Counted from the first letter of the stretch, positions 18,987 through 30,019 are shown. The stretch is DNA of 64,000 nucleotides from Myxococcota bacterium (GCA_039208735.1 JBCCQY010000039.1:1-64000), one strand, 5' to 3'. Notes: a model not told the origin generated them from the sequence alone. Numbers and translations: made by a program.

Positions 18987-21642
18987 ACTTCACCAGTCCG
19001 ACATCGCGACCCGTGTAGGGCAAAGGAGTGGTCGGCTCGCCCCACAGGGGAGCGAGGTTGGACCGCAGAGCCGCATGCATCGAGGCGCTGGGCAGCGCTT
19101 CGGCCTGCGCTGCGTGAATCTTCGCCTGCGCCATCCGGCCTTGGACGGCTCGAATCGCCGCAACCCAGAGCTGTACCCACGCGTCGCCACCGGCGATGGG
19201 GGTTAGCGCCTCCGACCGTTGAAACGCCGCCACCGCCTCATCGAGGCGCCACTGCCGCAGGCGCAGCACCGCCCAAGACCCCGCCACCGCGCAACGGCAC
19301 ATGCGGTCAGGCCACCGACGCAACAGGCGCTCTGCAGCCTCCAACATTGCCTCGGCCTCATCGAATCGCTCCGCCATGGCAAGGTACTCGGCCAACATGG
19401 CGCGGTAATTGGCCTTGGAGACGGGCGCTGTTTGTGAGGTGACCGCTTGGTGCATGAGGGAAATGGCGCGGGGCAAGTCGTGACGCAGATCTGCAATGGC
19501 GGCAGCCATGTAGTGGACGTGGGCCCGCGAGTTCGGATCATGGTCCTGGAGCAGGGGCTCGATGACCACTTCGGCCTCCTCGAGTTTGCCAACCTCCAGC
19601 AGTGCCCCCACCAGCATGATGGTGAACGCGTTGCGTTGGGCCCCCTGGGACAGTCCACGCAACGACGCTCGGGCATGCGCGACCGAGTCGGCCATGCGAC
19701 CCTGCCGATAGGCATTCCGCGCTGCAATCGTCTCGAGCGAGGCTCGATCCCGTGGATCGTCGATCTGCTCCCGGAGTTCGGCGAGGGCCTCCTCACAAGC
19801 CTCCGCATCGCCTCGCCCATACAGCACCTGCGCCCGCTCCAGGGCCACCGGCACGCTCCATCGACGGGCCAAGGCGGCGTCCAGGAAGGCATGGGCCTCG
19901 TTGAACCCTCGCATGCGGAGCACAAATCGGGCCACGATGCGTGTGAGAGGGGGCTCGGCGCCGTCAGGGTCCCAGCCCTCCTGCAAGTTCGGCCAGTCTT
20001 CGTACAGCTGGCCTCCCTCGTGGACGTAGTAACGATGGGCCTGAGCCCGCTCACAAGCCCAAACGGAAAGCCGTCGTTTCACGACCGACCGCTCCTCGGG
20101 AGTGAGCTTGGAGGCTCCAAACTGGCGCACGGTTTCAAGCATGGCGTACCGCGCCCGCCCTTGATGCGGTTCGATTTCGATGATGGCGTGCTCGCCGAGA
20201 CGTTCGAGCGGGTCCACCACCCACCCTCGACAGGCCACGATGGCCTCTGCGGTCTGCAGGTCGAAACTACCGCGCAGCACACTCAATTGGGCCCAGACCT
20301 CGCGCGCCACTGCGTCCAACGCATCCCAGGTTTCTTCCAAGACGGTCAACAAGGAGCGTTGGCGACCTTGCCCTCCATCGAGGAGCTGAAGACGCTGATC
20401 CATGCGTTCGGCGAGTTCAGCGGCGGAAACCCGCGCCAACCGGCGAGCCGCCAAGACCAGAGCCAACGGAATGCCCTCGAGCCAGCGCACCAATGTGGCC
20501 CGCTCGGCCGCGTCGTCGTTCGGCGGAGCAAGTGCGTCGAGGAGCTGCATCGCGGCCGCATCTGCGATGGGCTCGATGCGAATGGCGTGCTCCGCAGGAA
20601 CCTGTAGGGGCACACGACTTGTCACCAAGACCCGCCGGCCCTCGGCCAGGACGGCGCCGAGCACTTCACCACCCCCTTCTGCCTCGTCGATGACGACCAA
20701 CCCCTCCACTTCGGCGAGCCGTCCCGCGATCTCGGCCGCGTCTACGGCTCCGCCGAGCGCACGCGCAATGCGGCCCAAGACCTCACCGGGCGCCACCCCG
20801 GACAACGAGATCCACACCACCGCGCGCTCTTCGGGCTCCGCGCGGGCCACCTCGGCGGCAAGGCGGCTCTTTCCGATGCCGCCGATTCCATGCAGCGTCA
20901 CCACGCGATGACGGTCCAACGCCTCGAGGATCTCGCCCACTTGAACATCCCGCCCGACGAACGGGCCGGGGTCTTGGGGAGGAAGTCGCCGCTCGCCCGG
21001 CCGACGCGCCAACAAGCGGTAGCCCTCCCGGGTGGTCAAGAGGAAGCGCGGCTCGGTCGGGGTGTCCTCAAGCAATTGGCGAAGCCGGTACATCGCGGAC
21101 ACCAAGGCGCGGCGGGCGCTCGGCCCTCGCTGAAACACACGATGAAACAGCGTGTCTGCCGCTACCGGGTGACCTCGAGCGTCCGCGAGAACTGTGAGCA
21201 ACGAGGCCTGAGGGCCGGACAATGGCCTCGTCGCACCCTCGCGGGTGGCGGTTCGTTGGGCCAGATCGATCTCCCAGCGGCCCACGAGCAGGGTGGTCTC
21301 GGGCACCACCGGATCCAATGCCACGAACCGGTATCCGGTACCGTGCACCGTGATGAAGTGGTAGGGAGCTCGCGAATCGCGCTCGACCTTCCGGCGCAGC
21401 CTCGCCATGGTGGTGTCGACGGCTCGACTCGTCGTCCGCGCCGCGTAGCCCCAGACCTCCCCCAGCAGCTCGTCTCGGGGAACGATTTGGCCGGGGCGTG
21501 CCGCAAGATACCCCACGAGCCCCACTTCGAGGCTGGTGAGCCGTACCTTCGACCCATCCGACGAACGCAGTTCCCCCCGTTGGAGGTCGAGCGCGCCGCG
21601 CTGCAATTGGACCACGGATGTCGTCATGAATGGAATCATCAT
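18961..21642 (-). CDS. Regulator with two OmpR-type winged-helix domains, a STAND/NB-ARC-like ATPase and TPRs
   Basis: LLGEVWGY..SRAVDTTMARLRRKVE..ITVHGTGYRF, a second wHTH (LTTREGYRL), Walker A GIGGIGKS, LEGIPLALVLAA. Start may be 21627. Confidence 0.88.
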   Translation of the reverse strand: MMIPFMTTSVVQLQRGALDLQRGELRSSDGSKVRLTSLEVGLVGYLAARPGQIVPRDELLGEVWGYAARTTSRAVDTTMARLRRKVERDSRAPYHFITVHGTGYRFVALDPVVPETTLLVGRWEIDLAQRTATREGATRPLSGPQASLLTVLADARGHPVAADTLFHRVFQRGPSARRALVSAMYRLRQLLEDTPTEPRFLLTTREGYRLLARRPGERRLPPQDPGPFVGRDVQVGEILEALDRHRVVTLHGIGGIGKSRLAAEVARAEPEERAVVWISLSGVAPGEVLGRIARALGGAVDAAEIAGRLAEVEGLVVIDEAEGGGEVLGAVLAEGRRVLVTSRVPLQVPAEHAIRIEPIADAAAMQLLDALAPPNDDAAERATLVRWLEGIPLALVLAARRLARVSAAELAERMDQRLQLLDGGQGRQRSLLTVLEETWDALDAVAREVWAQLSVLRGSFDLQTAEAIVACRGWVVDPLERLGEHAIIEIEPHQGRARYAMLETVRQFGASKLTPEERSVVKRRLSVWACERAQAHRYYVHEGGQLYEDWPNLQEGWDPDGAEPPLTRIVARFVLRMRGFNEAHAFLDAALARRWSVPVALERAQVLYGRGDAEACEEALAELREQIDDPRDRASLETIAARNAYRQGRMADSVAHARASLRGLSQGAQRNAFTIMLVGALLEVGKLEEAEVVIEPLLQDHDPNSRAHVHYMAAAIADLRHDLPRAISLMHQAVTSQTAPVSKANYRAMLAEYLAMAERFDEAEAMLEAAERLLRRWPDRMCRCAVAGSWAVLRLRQWRLDEAVAAFQRSEALTPIAGGDAWVQLWVAAIRAVQGRMAQAKIHAAQAEALPSASMHAALRSNLAPLWGEPTTPLPYTGRDVGLVKFILRHRST

Positions 21643-21733
21643 GCGTCAACCGCCGACAGGCGGCCAGTCGACACAACTTGCCACAACCGTGCGACAGGCC
21701 CCTTCCTACACGACGACAAGCCCGGAGGCTTCG

Positions 21734-22180
21734 ATGTCGTTGTCACCTGAGATGGTCATTGCCGTCCGCCGTTCCTTCGCCCAAATCCGTCCCATGGCCG
21801 ATCTGGCCGCGACCCTGTTCTACGATCGACTGTTTGCAATCGCCCCCGAGGTCAGGCCCCTCTTCCCCGAGGACATGGAACCCCAAGGAGCCAGGCTCAT
21901 GCAGTCGATTGGATTGGTTGTCGCCTCGCTCGATCACCCCGAGGCGTTGGCCCCGCAACTCCGAGAGTTGGGGGCACGCCATCTGGACTATGGCGCTGAG
22001 GAAGCCCACTACCCCATCGTCGAATCGGCGCTCTTGTGGGCCCTCCGGGAAGGCCTCCAGGACGACTTCACGACCCCGGTCGAAGTGGCCTGGCAAGCGG
22101 CCGTGCGTACGGTTTCCACCTTGATGATCGAGGGGGCACGGACCCGAGAGGCCACGCATCCTCTGAACGGAGCAGGGTGA
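21734..22180 (+). CDS. Single-domain globin (flavohaemoglobin-type globin domain)
   Basis: FYDRLFAIAPEVRPLF, LGARHLDYG (proximal His), HYPIV, AWQ. GGAGG SD. Confidence 0.9.
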   Translation: MSLSPEMVIAVRRSFAQIRPMADLAATLFYDRLFAIAPEVRPLFPEDMEPQGARLMQSIGLVVASLDHPEALAPQLRELGARHLDYGAEEAHYPIVESALLWALREGLQDDFTTPVEVAWQAAVRTVSTLMIEGARTREATHPLNGAG

Positions 22181-22189
22181 GGGGGGGCC

Positions 22190-22999
22190 TCATCGCCGAA
22201 CGCCGACCCCGCGCGCAATCGTCAAATGACCGTTTTCCAATGCCCAGTCTCGAAGCACGAGACGCTCATGCGCATCTCCGGCCCACAGTCTCTGGAGGCC
22301 GGCGGGCAGATGGCGTAGCCGATCGACGATTGCTGGCCTCGTCGAGGTGGCGTTGACCAGCGCATCAGCGTCTCGCCCCTCCAGGCTTAGGAGGTCCTGC
22401 TCCTCGGACCAGTAGCCAAGCTCCAGCCGATCGAACCGTCCCACGTCGATCTGATCGAGAAAGGCAAGCGGATCCACCGCACATCCCCGCACGGTGAGCG
22501 ATCGAAGCGCCGGAAACTGCGCACAGATACGTAGGAGGTCCGCCGTCACGAGATGAGGAAACGCAATCAACCGAAGATGGGAGAGGGCAGGTCGGCAATC
22601 GGCCAGCCACTCGAGCTGGGCAAACACCTTTCGACCACTCACCCACCGCCTCGTTGAGAATGCGGACAGGTTCGGCATCGCTTCGACGAGTCGCGCAAAC
22701 GAAAGCGCCTTGAAAGGCGGATGGCGAAAGCACGGACGGACCTTGATGTCGAAGGCCAAATGGCGCACCACGGCCAAACCTGGCGTCGCGCGACAAAGGC
22801 ATCGTGCATCGTAGAATTCGAGCGTGCGCTCCAGCACCGGCACCGTACAGTCGTTCACCCACTGGATGGCTTGCCGCAGCGAGCGGGAAGCGGGCCAATC
22901 CGCAAGCAGGCGACGAATTTGGGACCACGAAGACCGGTGGGTCAAAAGAGCACGCAAGGCGGACAGCCGACGCTGTTCCGCGAAGGAAAGGCGTGACAT
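22190..22999 (-). CDS. Hypothetical protein with degenerate leucine-rich repeats
   Basis: PNLSAF, PALSHLRL, PALRSLTV units. Confidence 0.5.
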   Translation of the reverse strand: MSRLSFAEQRRLSALRALLTHRSSWSQIRRLLADWPASRSLRQAIQWVNDCTVPVLERTLEFYDARCLCRATPGLAVVRHLAFDIKVRPCFRHPPFKALSFARLVEAMPNLSAFSTRRWVSGRKVFAQLEWLADCRPALSHLRLIAFPHLVTADLLRICAQFPALRSLTVRGCAVDPLAFLDQIDVGRFDRLELGYWSEEQDLLSLEGRDADALVNATSTRPAIVDRLRHLPAGLQRLWAGDAHERLVLRDWALENGHLTIARGVGVRR

Positions 23000-23130
23000 G
23001 GGAGCATCCGAAAACAGTGTAAGCACCGAAGGATGACAGCACGTCGACCGGCAGGCGCAGGGCGCCAAAGGTCTGTGCTGCTCAACGTTGAATCAACCTT
23101 GGTGCTTCATTTCCGGCTCCCACAGCTCCC

Positions 23131-24207
23131 TTAGTCGCGGAAACCGACGACGTCGATCTCGTCGATGGCGAAGTCATGCCAGTCCCATCGGTCGTTCAGC
23201 TGGTCTCCCGAGCCGTTCCCCTCGAGCGGGGCGGGCTTGCCAGGGCCTGGCTTTGCACCGATGTCTGCATCGCCCTCGAGACTCTCGAACTCGGCGACGG
23301 TGTCCCAATCCTGGACCTTGAGGATGAAGCGCGCCAACGTCTCTTCTGCATCATCCAGACACTCGACGACGTAGTCGGGACGAGAGTAGAAGCCCTGGAA
23401 GGCCACCGGAATGGGGTCGTCAGAATTGAGGTAATTCGCAATCGGAATGTTGCTTGCGTACTCTCCCTCAATCGGACCGTCGAACTCGACGGAAACCGTG
23501 TTGTTCACCGTCTCCTCAAGTTCGAAGAGGATGGGCTTGGGAATCCCGTTGGCCGCCAACTCGGTGATGTTGCTGTTGTAAGCAGCGCCATCGTAGCAAT
23601 CGCCGATGTCCCCACCGCCCCACGCCTGTGCCGGAGCCACATTCTGCACTCCGGCCACCGTGATGATCGAGGTGTACTGGCCGTAGCAACAGTTGGGGAG
23701 CGAGGGATCGAGCGTACTGTAGTTGAACTCACAATACGGCTGACAGTTCTGCGACCCAATCTCGTCGATGCAGTTGCCGTTCGCTTCGATGGTGTAGCGG
23801 ACCACAGGCGGACCTTCACCGATCCCCCAGGCCTGGTACATGTAGTTCGAAACGCCAATGTACGTGCAAGTGCCGGACTCCACGAGGACGTCGTAGCCCC
23901 ATCCTTCGAAGAACGCGTCGAGTTCCTCGGCTTCGAGGCGGCACTCGATTTCCCCAAACCCGGCCGTCGTGTCGTAAGCACAGGGCTGCTCGAGATCATC
24001 TGCGAGACCAAACCGCCCGTCGAACTCGAGGACTGGCGCAATCGTGACCAAGCCCGCAAGCGGCGGATCCGTATCGGTGGGGGCGACCGTCGGTGGGTCG
24101 TTGTTTGGGAACCCTCCACTCCAATCCGGCAGCTCGGGCGCATCCGTAGGCTGACACGCAAAGGCAAACAGGGAAACGGTCATCAAAACGCTACGATGAA
24201 GGGTCAT
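23131..24207 (-). CDS. Acidic Cys-rich lipoprotein, unknown function
   Basis: Lipobox AFAC; good GC3-type codon pattern. Confidence 0.75.
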   Translation of the reverse strand: MTLHRSVLMTVSLFAFACQPTDAPELPDWSGGFPNNDPPTVAPTDTDPPLAGLVTIAPVLEFDGRFGLADDLEQPCAYDTTAGFGEIECRLEAEELDAFFEGWGYDVLVESGTCTYIGVSNYMYQAWGIGEGPPVVRYTIEANGNCIDEIGSQNCQPYCEFNYSTLDPSLPNCCYGQYTSIITVAGVQNVAPAQAWGGGDIGDCYDGAAYNSNITELAANGIPKPILFELEETVNNTVSVEFDGPIEGEYASNIPIANYLNSDDPIPVAFQGFYSRPDYVVECLDDAEETLARFILKVQDWDTVAEFESLEGDADIGAKPGPGKPAPLEGNGSGDQLNDRWDWHDFAIDEIDVVGFRD

Positions 24208-24681
24208 CTATTCACCAAACGGGTTGGAAGAGTCATTATAGTCAGCGAAGGTCGCCACGAATTCTTCGTAAACCGTCACGCCCTCGAGATTGGCATAAAT
24301 GCCGGCAAGCGCGACGCGGAACGGCACCTGGAAGTCCCCGCCGGGATACCGTTCAAATACCCAAGACAATTGTTCGTCACCGGCTCCGTCAAGCACCAGG
24401 TTGATCGTGGTGCCTTCCGTCTGTGAGGTCGTTAGCGGGCCTGCGATGAACGGACTCAACTCAGTTCCCAGACTGTATTGCACCTGGTACTGAGACCATT
24501 CGATCGATTGGCTCCCAAAGGTACTCTCGAACTCGATCGTCACCCCAATGCCGTTGTCGACGCCAGTAGCGGGTGTCGCGGGATTGAGATCCATGGGCCA
24601 CGTCAACACGTTGTCCGTTAGGCGAAGGGAAATGCGGTCCGCGGCTGGGTCCTCGCACCCCGCGGTCACCAACATCAACAT
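24208..24681 (-). CDS. Hypothetical lipoprotein
   Basis: Lipobox TAGC; stop directly abuts the next ATG. Start approximate. Confidence 0.7.
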   Translation of the reverse strand: MLMLVTAGCEDPAADRISLRLTDNVLTWPMDLNPATPATGVDNGIGVTIEFESTFGSQSIEWSQYQVQYSLGTELSPFIAGPLTTSQTEGTTINLVLDGAGDEQLSWVFERYPGGDFQVPFRVALAGIYANLEGVTVYEEFVATFADYNDSSNPFGE

Positions 24682-24917
24682 CGCAACCCCTGCCCCCAGG
24701 CCAAATCCGCCCGGTGGAGCCTTCGTCGAACATCGACGACTCTTCAGGTTCACGTAGACCTCCCGCGTGCTCGGTGGGCCCCTACGCTACGCGGCCCCAC
24801 CTATTTCATGACAATCCTGAAACAGAGGGATCTGCAAGGTGAAAAGGCTTGCAATGGGTTGCGATAGCCGCCCAGCCCCCATCTTGCGCCTGCAACAAAT
24901 GGAAGCGAGGTGATCCG

Positions 24918-26204
24918 CTAACCTTCGGCGCTATCCACGGAACCTCCAGGCCCCAAGCTCGCCTCTCGGCGCTGCAAGTAGGCCTGTTCTACGGGGTTCG
25001 AGGCGAGTTCGCGCGCCCGAGCGTAGGCTGTTCGAGCTTCGTCGTCTCGGCAAATCCGGCGCAGCAAGTCAGCTCGAGCCGCATGGTACCAGTGGTAGTG
25101 CTCCAGCGCCTCGGCCAGTGACCCCTGATCGAGGAGTTCGAGTCCCGTGGCCGGTCCTGCCGCCATGGCCACGGCCACCGCGCGGTTCAGCGCAACCACG
25201 GGACTGGGTTGGAGCTGAAGCAGGACCCCGTAGAGTCCAACGATCTGCCACCAATCGGTGACTTCGGGCGTATCCGCCTCCGCGTGAACCGCCGCGATGG
25301 CCGCTTGCAGCTGATATGGGCCCACGCCACGTCGGGCCAGCGCGGTGCGTAACACGCGGGTGCCCTGGACAATCTGTTGGCGATTCCATCGGCTCCGGTC
25401 CTGCTGTTCCAGCGTCACCAACGAACCATCAGGGGCCAACCGCGCCGTCCGCCGGCTGTCCTGGAGCAGGAGCAAGGCGTAGAGCCCCGCCACTTCAGGC
25501 TCGTGGGGGACGAGTTCGTGGAGCACCGACGCCAAGCGGATGGCCTCATCACAGAGGTCTGCACGAAGCAATTCGCCAGTCATCGCCGCGTATCCCTCGT
25601 TGAAGACCAGGTAGACGACCGACAACACGGCATCCAGCCGCTCCGCCCACAACTCCGGAGGCGGCACCCGAAAGGGGATCTTGGCTTGCTTGATCTTCCG
25701 CTTCGCGCGGACCAACCGTTGGGCCAGAGTGGGCTGCGGTACCAAGAGGGCACGCGCGATGCTGGGCGTCGACAACCCTCCGAGCGTGCGCAAGGTCAGC
25801 GCGATCTGAGCGCCTTGAGCCAGGGCGGGGTGGCAGCACGTAAACATGAGTGCAAGCCGGTGATCCGGAATGTCGATGGAATCCAAATCGGGCAGGCTCT
25901 CCGACCGTTTGAGATCGGCGAGAACACGCAGTTCGGGGGCTTTGTCGGTCCGCGTCGACTGTCGACGGAGTCGGTCCACAGCACGACGTCGGGCCGTGGT
26001 GAGAATCCACGCCCCGGGTCGGTCCGGCACCCCGTCTTGAGGCCAGCGTTCCAGGGCAACGGTCACCGCATCCTGGAACGCATCCTCGGCCAGCTGAAAG
26101 TCGCTATAAGTCCGGATTAAGGCGGCGATCACCTTGCCCGCTTCGCGACGCACGAGTCGTTCAACGGCCCGACGCGCCTCGACGTGGGCCCCCGGACCGC
26201 CCAT
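24918..26204 (-). CDS. ECF42-type RNA polymerase sigma factor with TPR/DUF6596 extension
   Basis: LAEDAFQDA, LMFTCCHPAL, VYLVFNEGY, GPYQLQAAIAAVHA, SPVVALNRAVA; adjacent DGPF gene. Confidence 0.93.
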   Translation of the reverse strand: MGGPGAHVEARRAVERLVRREAGKVIAALIRTYSDFQLAEDAFQDAVTVALERWPQDGVPDRPGAWILTTARRRAVDRLRRQSTRTDKAPELRVLADLKRSESLPDLDSIDIPDHRLALMFTCCHPALAQGAQIALTLRTLGGLSTPSIARALLVPQPTLAQRLVRAKRKIKQAKIPFRVPPPELWAERLDAVLSVVYLVFNEGYAAMTGELLRADLCDEAIRLASVLHELVPHEPEVAGLYALLLLQDSRRTARLAPDGSLVTLEQQDRSRWNRQQIVQGTRVLRTALARRGVGPYQLQAAIAAVHAEADTPEVTDWWQIVGLYGVLLQLQPSPVVALNRAVAVAMAAGPATGLELLDQGSLAEALEHYHWYHAARADLLRRICRDDEARTAYARARELASNPVEQAYLQRREASLGPGGSVDSAEG

Positions 26205-26207
26205 CGA

Positions 26208-26564
26208 TCAGAGCCCGGGAACTTGTAGAATGGGCCGAACTTCGATGCAGCCGTACTCCGCGGTGGGCAACCTCTTGGCCCAGACCAACGCCTCATCCGC
26301 GTTGTCGACCTCGATGAGGTAGAACCCACCCAACTGTTCCTTGGTTTCCGCGAACGGACCATCGGTATGAAGGGTCTTGCCCTCCCGCGTACGCACGGAG
26401 GTTGCGGAGGCCGTAGACCGAAGGGCCTGACCCGCACGCCAGACGCCAGCGGCCTTCATGTCTTCGGTCACCTTCTGCCAAACCGCCATCTGGGCACGAC
26501 GAGCGGCCTCGTCGACGTGTTCAGCGAGGGACTCGTCCGCGTAGATCAACAACAGGTACTGCAC
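26208..26564 (-). CDS. YciI/DGPF-family protein
   Basis: TDGPFAETKEQLGGFYLI...IEVRP. Confidence 0.93.
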   Translation of the reverse strand: MQYLLLIYADESLAEHVDEAARRAQMAVWQKVTEDMKAAGVWRAGQALRSTASATSVRTREGKTLHTDGPFAETKEQLGGFYLIEVDNADEALVWAKRLPTAEYGCIEVRPILQVPGL

Positions 26565-26579
26565 GTTCGAAACCTTGGT

Positions 26580-27320
26580 TCAGGGGGTTGGGGTGATGAT
26601 GCCAAAGCGTGCGCCATCCGGATCGGCGATCACAGCCATTCGGCCCACCGTCGGTACGTCGAAGGGCTCCGTTAACGCCGTGCCCCCATGGTTCGTGGCG
26701 CGCGCGAATGCCTCATCAACGTTGGGCACGTGAACCCAGGCAAGCCAGTGGGCAGGGGTATCTTCGGTGGCCATCGCCCCTCCCCGCATGACCCCGTTGT
26801 GCTCGAGAAGGATGTAAGGACCGTTGGGCATGTTCATGGACTTGGCCTCGAAGCCGAAACTTGCGGACAACCAAGTGACATCTGCATCGAGGTCCCGGCT
26901 CCACAACTCCACCCAGTGGACGGCTCCGGGGCCCCCTGGCGCGTTCTCAGATTCGGCCTCGCGGGCCTCATGAAACAGGTGGAAGGCAGCTCCACTCGGG
27001 CTCGTCACCACGCTGAAGCGTCCTACAGCAATGTCGGTGGGGGGAACCTGAACCCGCCCTCCGTTCGCTTCGGCGACCTTCGTGCGTGCATCCACGTCAT
27101 CCACGCGAAGATAGTGATTCCAGCTCGGGGCTTCTCCTTGCGCTGGCGATGCAAGGTGCGCCCGGCCAACTTCGCCCGTCACGAAGGTCTGAACTTCGGC
27201 ACTGCCCATCGGAACCGGTTGCACCGACCATCCGAGGACCTCGGGGTAAAACGCAACCGCGCGCTCGGGGGACGGGCTGACGATGCCGTGCCAGCAAAAA
27301 CCATTGTCAACGTAGGCCAT
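26580..27320 (-). CDS. Two-domain VOC/glyoxalase family protein
   Basis: FYPEVLGW, YLRVDDVD, GRFSVVTSPSGA, and a second domain ending GRMAVIADPDGARF. AAGGAG SD. Confidence 0.9.
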   Translation of the reverse strand: MAYVDNGFCWHGIVSPSPERAVAFYPEVLGWSVQPVPMGSAEVQTFVTGEVGRAHLASPAQGEAPSWNHYLRVDDVDARTKVAEANGGRVQVPPTDIAVGRFSVVTSPSGAAFHLFHEAREAESENAPGGPGAVHWVELWSRDLDADVTWLSASFGFEAKSMNMPNGPYILLEHNGVMRGGAMATEDTPAHWLAWVHVPNVDEAFARATNHGGTALTEPFDVPTVGRMAVIADPDGARFGIITPTP

Positions 27321-27362
27321 GTCGAACTCCTTCGAGGCCGCAACGTGCGACCTCGAATCCAC

Positions 27363-27389
27363 GACGGACGACCATGCGTCGGATCGACA
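27363..27389 (-). promoter_or_regulatory. Putative ECF42 promoter (-35 TGTCGA, -10 CGTC)
   Basis: Minus strand reads TGTCGA-tccgacgcatggtcgtc-CGTC upstream of the VOC-DGPF-ECF42 operon. Confidence 0.7.
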
Positions 27390-27442
27390 CCCGTCCCAAT
27401 CTTTTTGTGTTGGGACGTCCCACTCACTGAAAATGCCTGTTT

Positions 27443-29530
27443 CTAGGCCAGCTGAATCGGAAGCCTTCGAATCGGCTTGCCCGTCAACGCAAGCAACGCG
27501 TTGCATACCGCAGGTGCCACCGGCGGAGTGCCGGGCTCGCCGATGCCGCCATGGGGACTGCCATCCGGCATCACGATCGTTTCGATGGTCGGCATCTCGT
27601 CGATCGTTAGCGCTCGATAGTCGTGGAAATTGCTCGGCACCGCGCGGCCTTCGGCGAGGTCGATAGCTCCATACAGAGTGGCCGAAAGCCCATAGACGAT
27701 GCCGCTTTCCATCTGCGCCACGATGGTGTTCGGGTTGACCACCTGCCCGCAGTCCACCGCACACACCACACGATGCACCCGTGGCTTCCCATTCACGATG
27801 CTGACCTCTGCGACCTGCGCCACCACACTACCGAAGCTCGCATGGACGGCCACGCCGTGGGCGTGTCCCTCTTCGAGTCCCGCGCCGTAGCCCGCCTTCT
27901 CGGCCGCTGCGTTGAGAACCGCAAGGTGGCGAGGCTGGTCCTTCAGGAGCCTGCGACGCGCCGCTAAGGGGTCTTGACCCGCCTGACGGCAGAGTTCGTC
28001 GAAGAAGCACTCGGTGACCCATGCATTTTGCGAGCTACCGACGGAGCGCCACCACCAGACGGGCACGGGCAGATCCGGATCGGCGGCCGAGACGCGGCAA
28101 TTGGCTACCGCATAAGGTAGGTTTTCGGCGCCTTCGAGGGTGGGACCGTCGTAGCCCCGGATGTGGGGACTCGCGATCTGGTGCCACCACGCCGTCAGCT
28201 CACCGCTGGCGGCCATGGTTCCCCGCAGGCGGTTCGCGGCGTAAGGCCGATACCACCCTCCGCGTACATCATCCTCGCGCATCCATGTGGCCTTGACCGG
28301 CTTGCCCACGGCCTTGGCCACATGCACCGCATCGGCCACGAAGTCGGTTTGGGAACGACGCCCAAAGCCGCCGCCGAGCATTGCGGTGTGCACCCGAATC
28401 GCGCCGTCGTCGAGCCCCGTGATCTCGGCCACGCGCTTGACCGTTGCAGTAGGCGACTGGGTGCCCACCCAGATGTCAGCCTGACCCGCGCCGAGCGCAA
28501 CCGTGCAGCTCATCGGTTCCATCGGAGTGTGAGCCAGGTAAGGCGCCTCGTAGAACGCATCGAGGGCCTCGTCACCCAGCGCCGCATCGACGTTGCCGTC
28601 ATCACGGGCGACCTTGCCCGTGGCGAGCGCCTCCTTGCACAAGGCTCGCACCGCGGCGGTGTCGAGCGTGGTATCGCCCGACCACTCCACCTTGAGCGCC
28701 CGACGCCCTTGGAACGCCGCCCACGTATTGGTGGCGACCACCGCCACTCCGGTCGGCACTTCCACAACGTCCAGGACGCCAGGGACCACCCGGGTCGCGG
28801 TGTCATCAAAGGACGCGAGCTGGCCTCCAAAGATCGGGCAGTGCTCGATGGAGGCGTGCATCATGCCGGGCACCGAGACATCGATGCCGAACACCGCGCC
28901 GCCGTCGACCTTGGCCGGAATGTCGAGCCTTGGCAACGGCTTGCCGATGTAGCGGAAATCCGATGGGGCCTTGAGTTCCACGCCGTCGGGTGAGGGGAGC
29001 GTCGACGCATCGGCGGCAAGTTCACCGTAGGTCGCCCGCTTTCCCCCTCCTTCGACCACCCCAAGCTTGGCCGTGCACTCGTCGACGGAAAGGCCAAACT
29101 TCGCGGCCGCAGCCGTGCGGAGCATCGTCCGGGCCGTCGCCGCTACTTCACGCATGGCAGCGTACCCTTTGCGGACGCTCGTCGACCCACCGGTGGACTG
29201 ACGACCGTAGGTGCCCTCGTTAGCCGGGGCGTGAAACACCGCTACCTTGGCCCAGTCGACATCGAGTTCATCGGCGAGCACCATGGCAAGTGCGGTCAGC
29301 ACGCCCTGGCCCATTTCCGACTCTGCCACGGTGAGGGCGACCGTGTCGTCCGGCTCGATTTGGATCCACGCGGTGAGCGGCGTTCCCTCCCTGGCAAGCG
29401 TGGGGACCCGACGTACCGAGGCCTCGGACGCAGGGGTGGGCGACGGCGAAGACCCAGTGCAACTCGTGAGCCCTACAAAGAGCCCCCCTGCAGCGGTTGC
29501 ACCGATTTGCAACAGCGTACGTCGGTTCAT
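27443..29530 (-). CDS. Xanthine dehydrogenase-family molybdenum subunit (IorB-like), Tat-exported
   Basis: NRRTLL Tat motif, [33 protein letters not shown]. Confidence 0.93.
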   Translation of the reverse strand: MNRRTLLQIGATAAGGLFVGLTSCTGSSPSPTPASEASVRRVPTLAREGTPLTAWIQIEPDDTVALTVAESEMGQGVLTALAMVLADELDVDWAKVAVFHAPANEGTYGRQSTGGSTSVRKGYAAMREVAATARTMLRTAAAAKFGLSVDECTAKLGVVEGGGKRATYGELAADASTLPSPDGVELKAPSDFRYIGKPLPRLDIPAKVDGGAVFGIDVSVPGMMHASIEHCPIFGGQLASFDDTATRVVPGVLDVVEVPTGVAVVATNTWAAFQGRRALKVEWSGDTTLDTAAVRALCKEALATGKVARDDGNVDAALGDEALDAFYEAPYLAHTPMEPMSCTVALGAGQADIWVGTQSPTATVKRVAEITGLDDGAIRVHTAMLGGGFGRRSQTDFVADAVHVAKAVGKPVKATWMREDDVRGGWYRPYAANRLRGTMAASGELTAWWHQIASPHIRGYDGPTLEGAENLPYAVANCRVSAADPDLPVPVWWWRSVGSSQNAWVTECFFDELCRQAGQDPLAARRRLLKDQPRHLAVLNAAAEKAGYGAGLEEGHAHGVAVHASFGSVVAQVAEVSIVNGKPRVHRVVCAVDCGQVVNPNTIVAQMESGIVYGLSATLYGAIDLAEGRAVPSNFHDYRALTIDEMPTIETIVMPDGSPHGGIGEPGTPPVAPAVCNALLALTGKPIRRLPIQLA

Positions 29531-29988
29531 CGTTCGGCCTCCGAAGCCCGAAGAATGGCGCGCCGGATGCGATTATACGTGCCGCACCGGCAGACGTATG
29601 CTCGCATCGCGGCATCGACCTCGGCTTCCGAGGGTCGCGGATTCGCCGCTAACAGCGCCACCGCCCCCATGATTTGGCCCGACTGGCAGTAGCCACATTG
29701 CGGAACTTGCTCGTCGATCCACGCTTGTTGTACGGGGTGCCGCCCATCCGTGGCCAGACCTTCAATGGTGGTAAGGGCCTTGCCCGCAGCATCGGAGACG
29801 GGCAACTGACAGCTGGGTACCGCAACCCCGTCGACATGAACGGTGCAGACCCGGCATTGTCCAATGCCACAGCCGAACTTCGTGCCGGTAAGGCCCAATT
29901 GGTCGCGTAGCACCCAGAGCAACGGCATGTCGCTCGGGACTTCAACGACGTGCTCCGCGCCATTGATGGAAAGCTTGTGTGACGTCAT
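29527..29988 (-). CDS. (2Fe-2S) small subunit (IorA/CoxS-like)
   Basis: [30 protein letters not shown]. Confidence 0.95.
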   Translation of the reverse strand: MTSHKLSINGAEHVVEVPSDMPLLWVLRDQLGLTGTKFGCGIGQCRVCTVHVDGVAVPSCQLPVSDAAGKALTTIEGLATDGRHPVQQAWIDEQVPQCGYCQSGQIMGAVALLAANPRPSEAEVDAAMRAYVCRCGTYNRIRRAILRASEAER

Positions 29989-30019
29989 GGCCTGGTTCTA
30001 CCATGAAGCATCGCTGATC

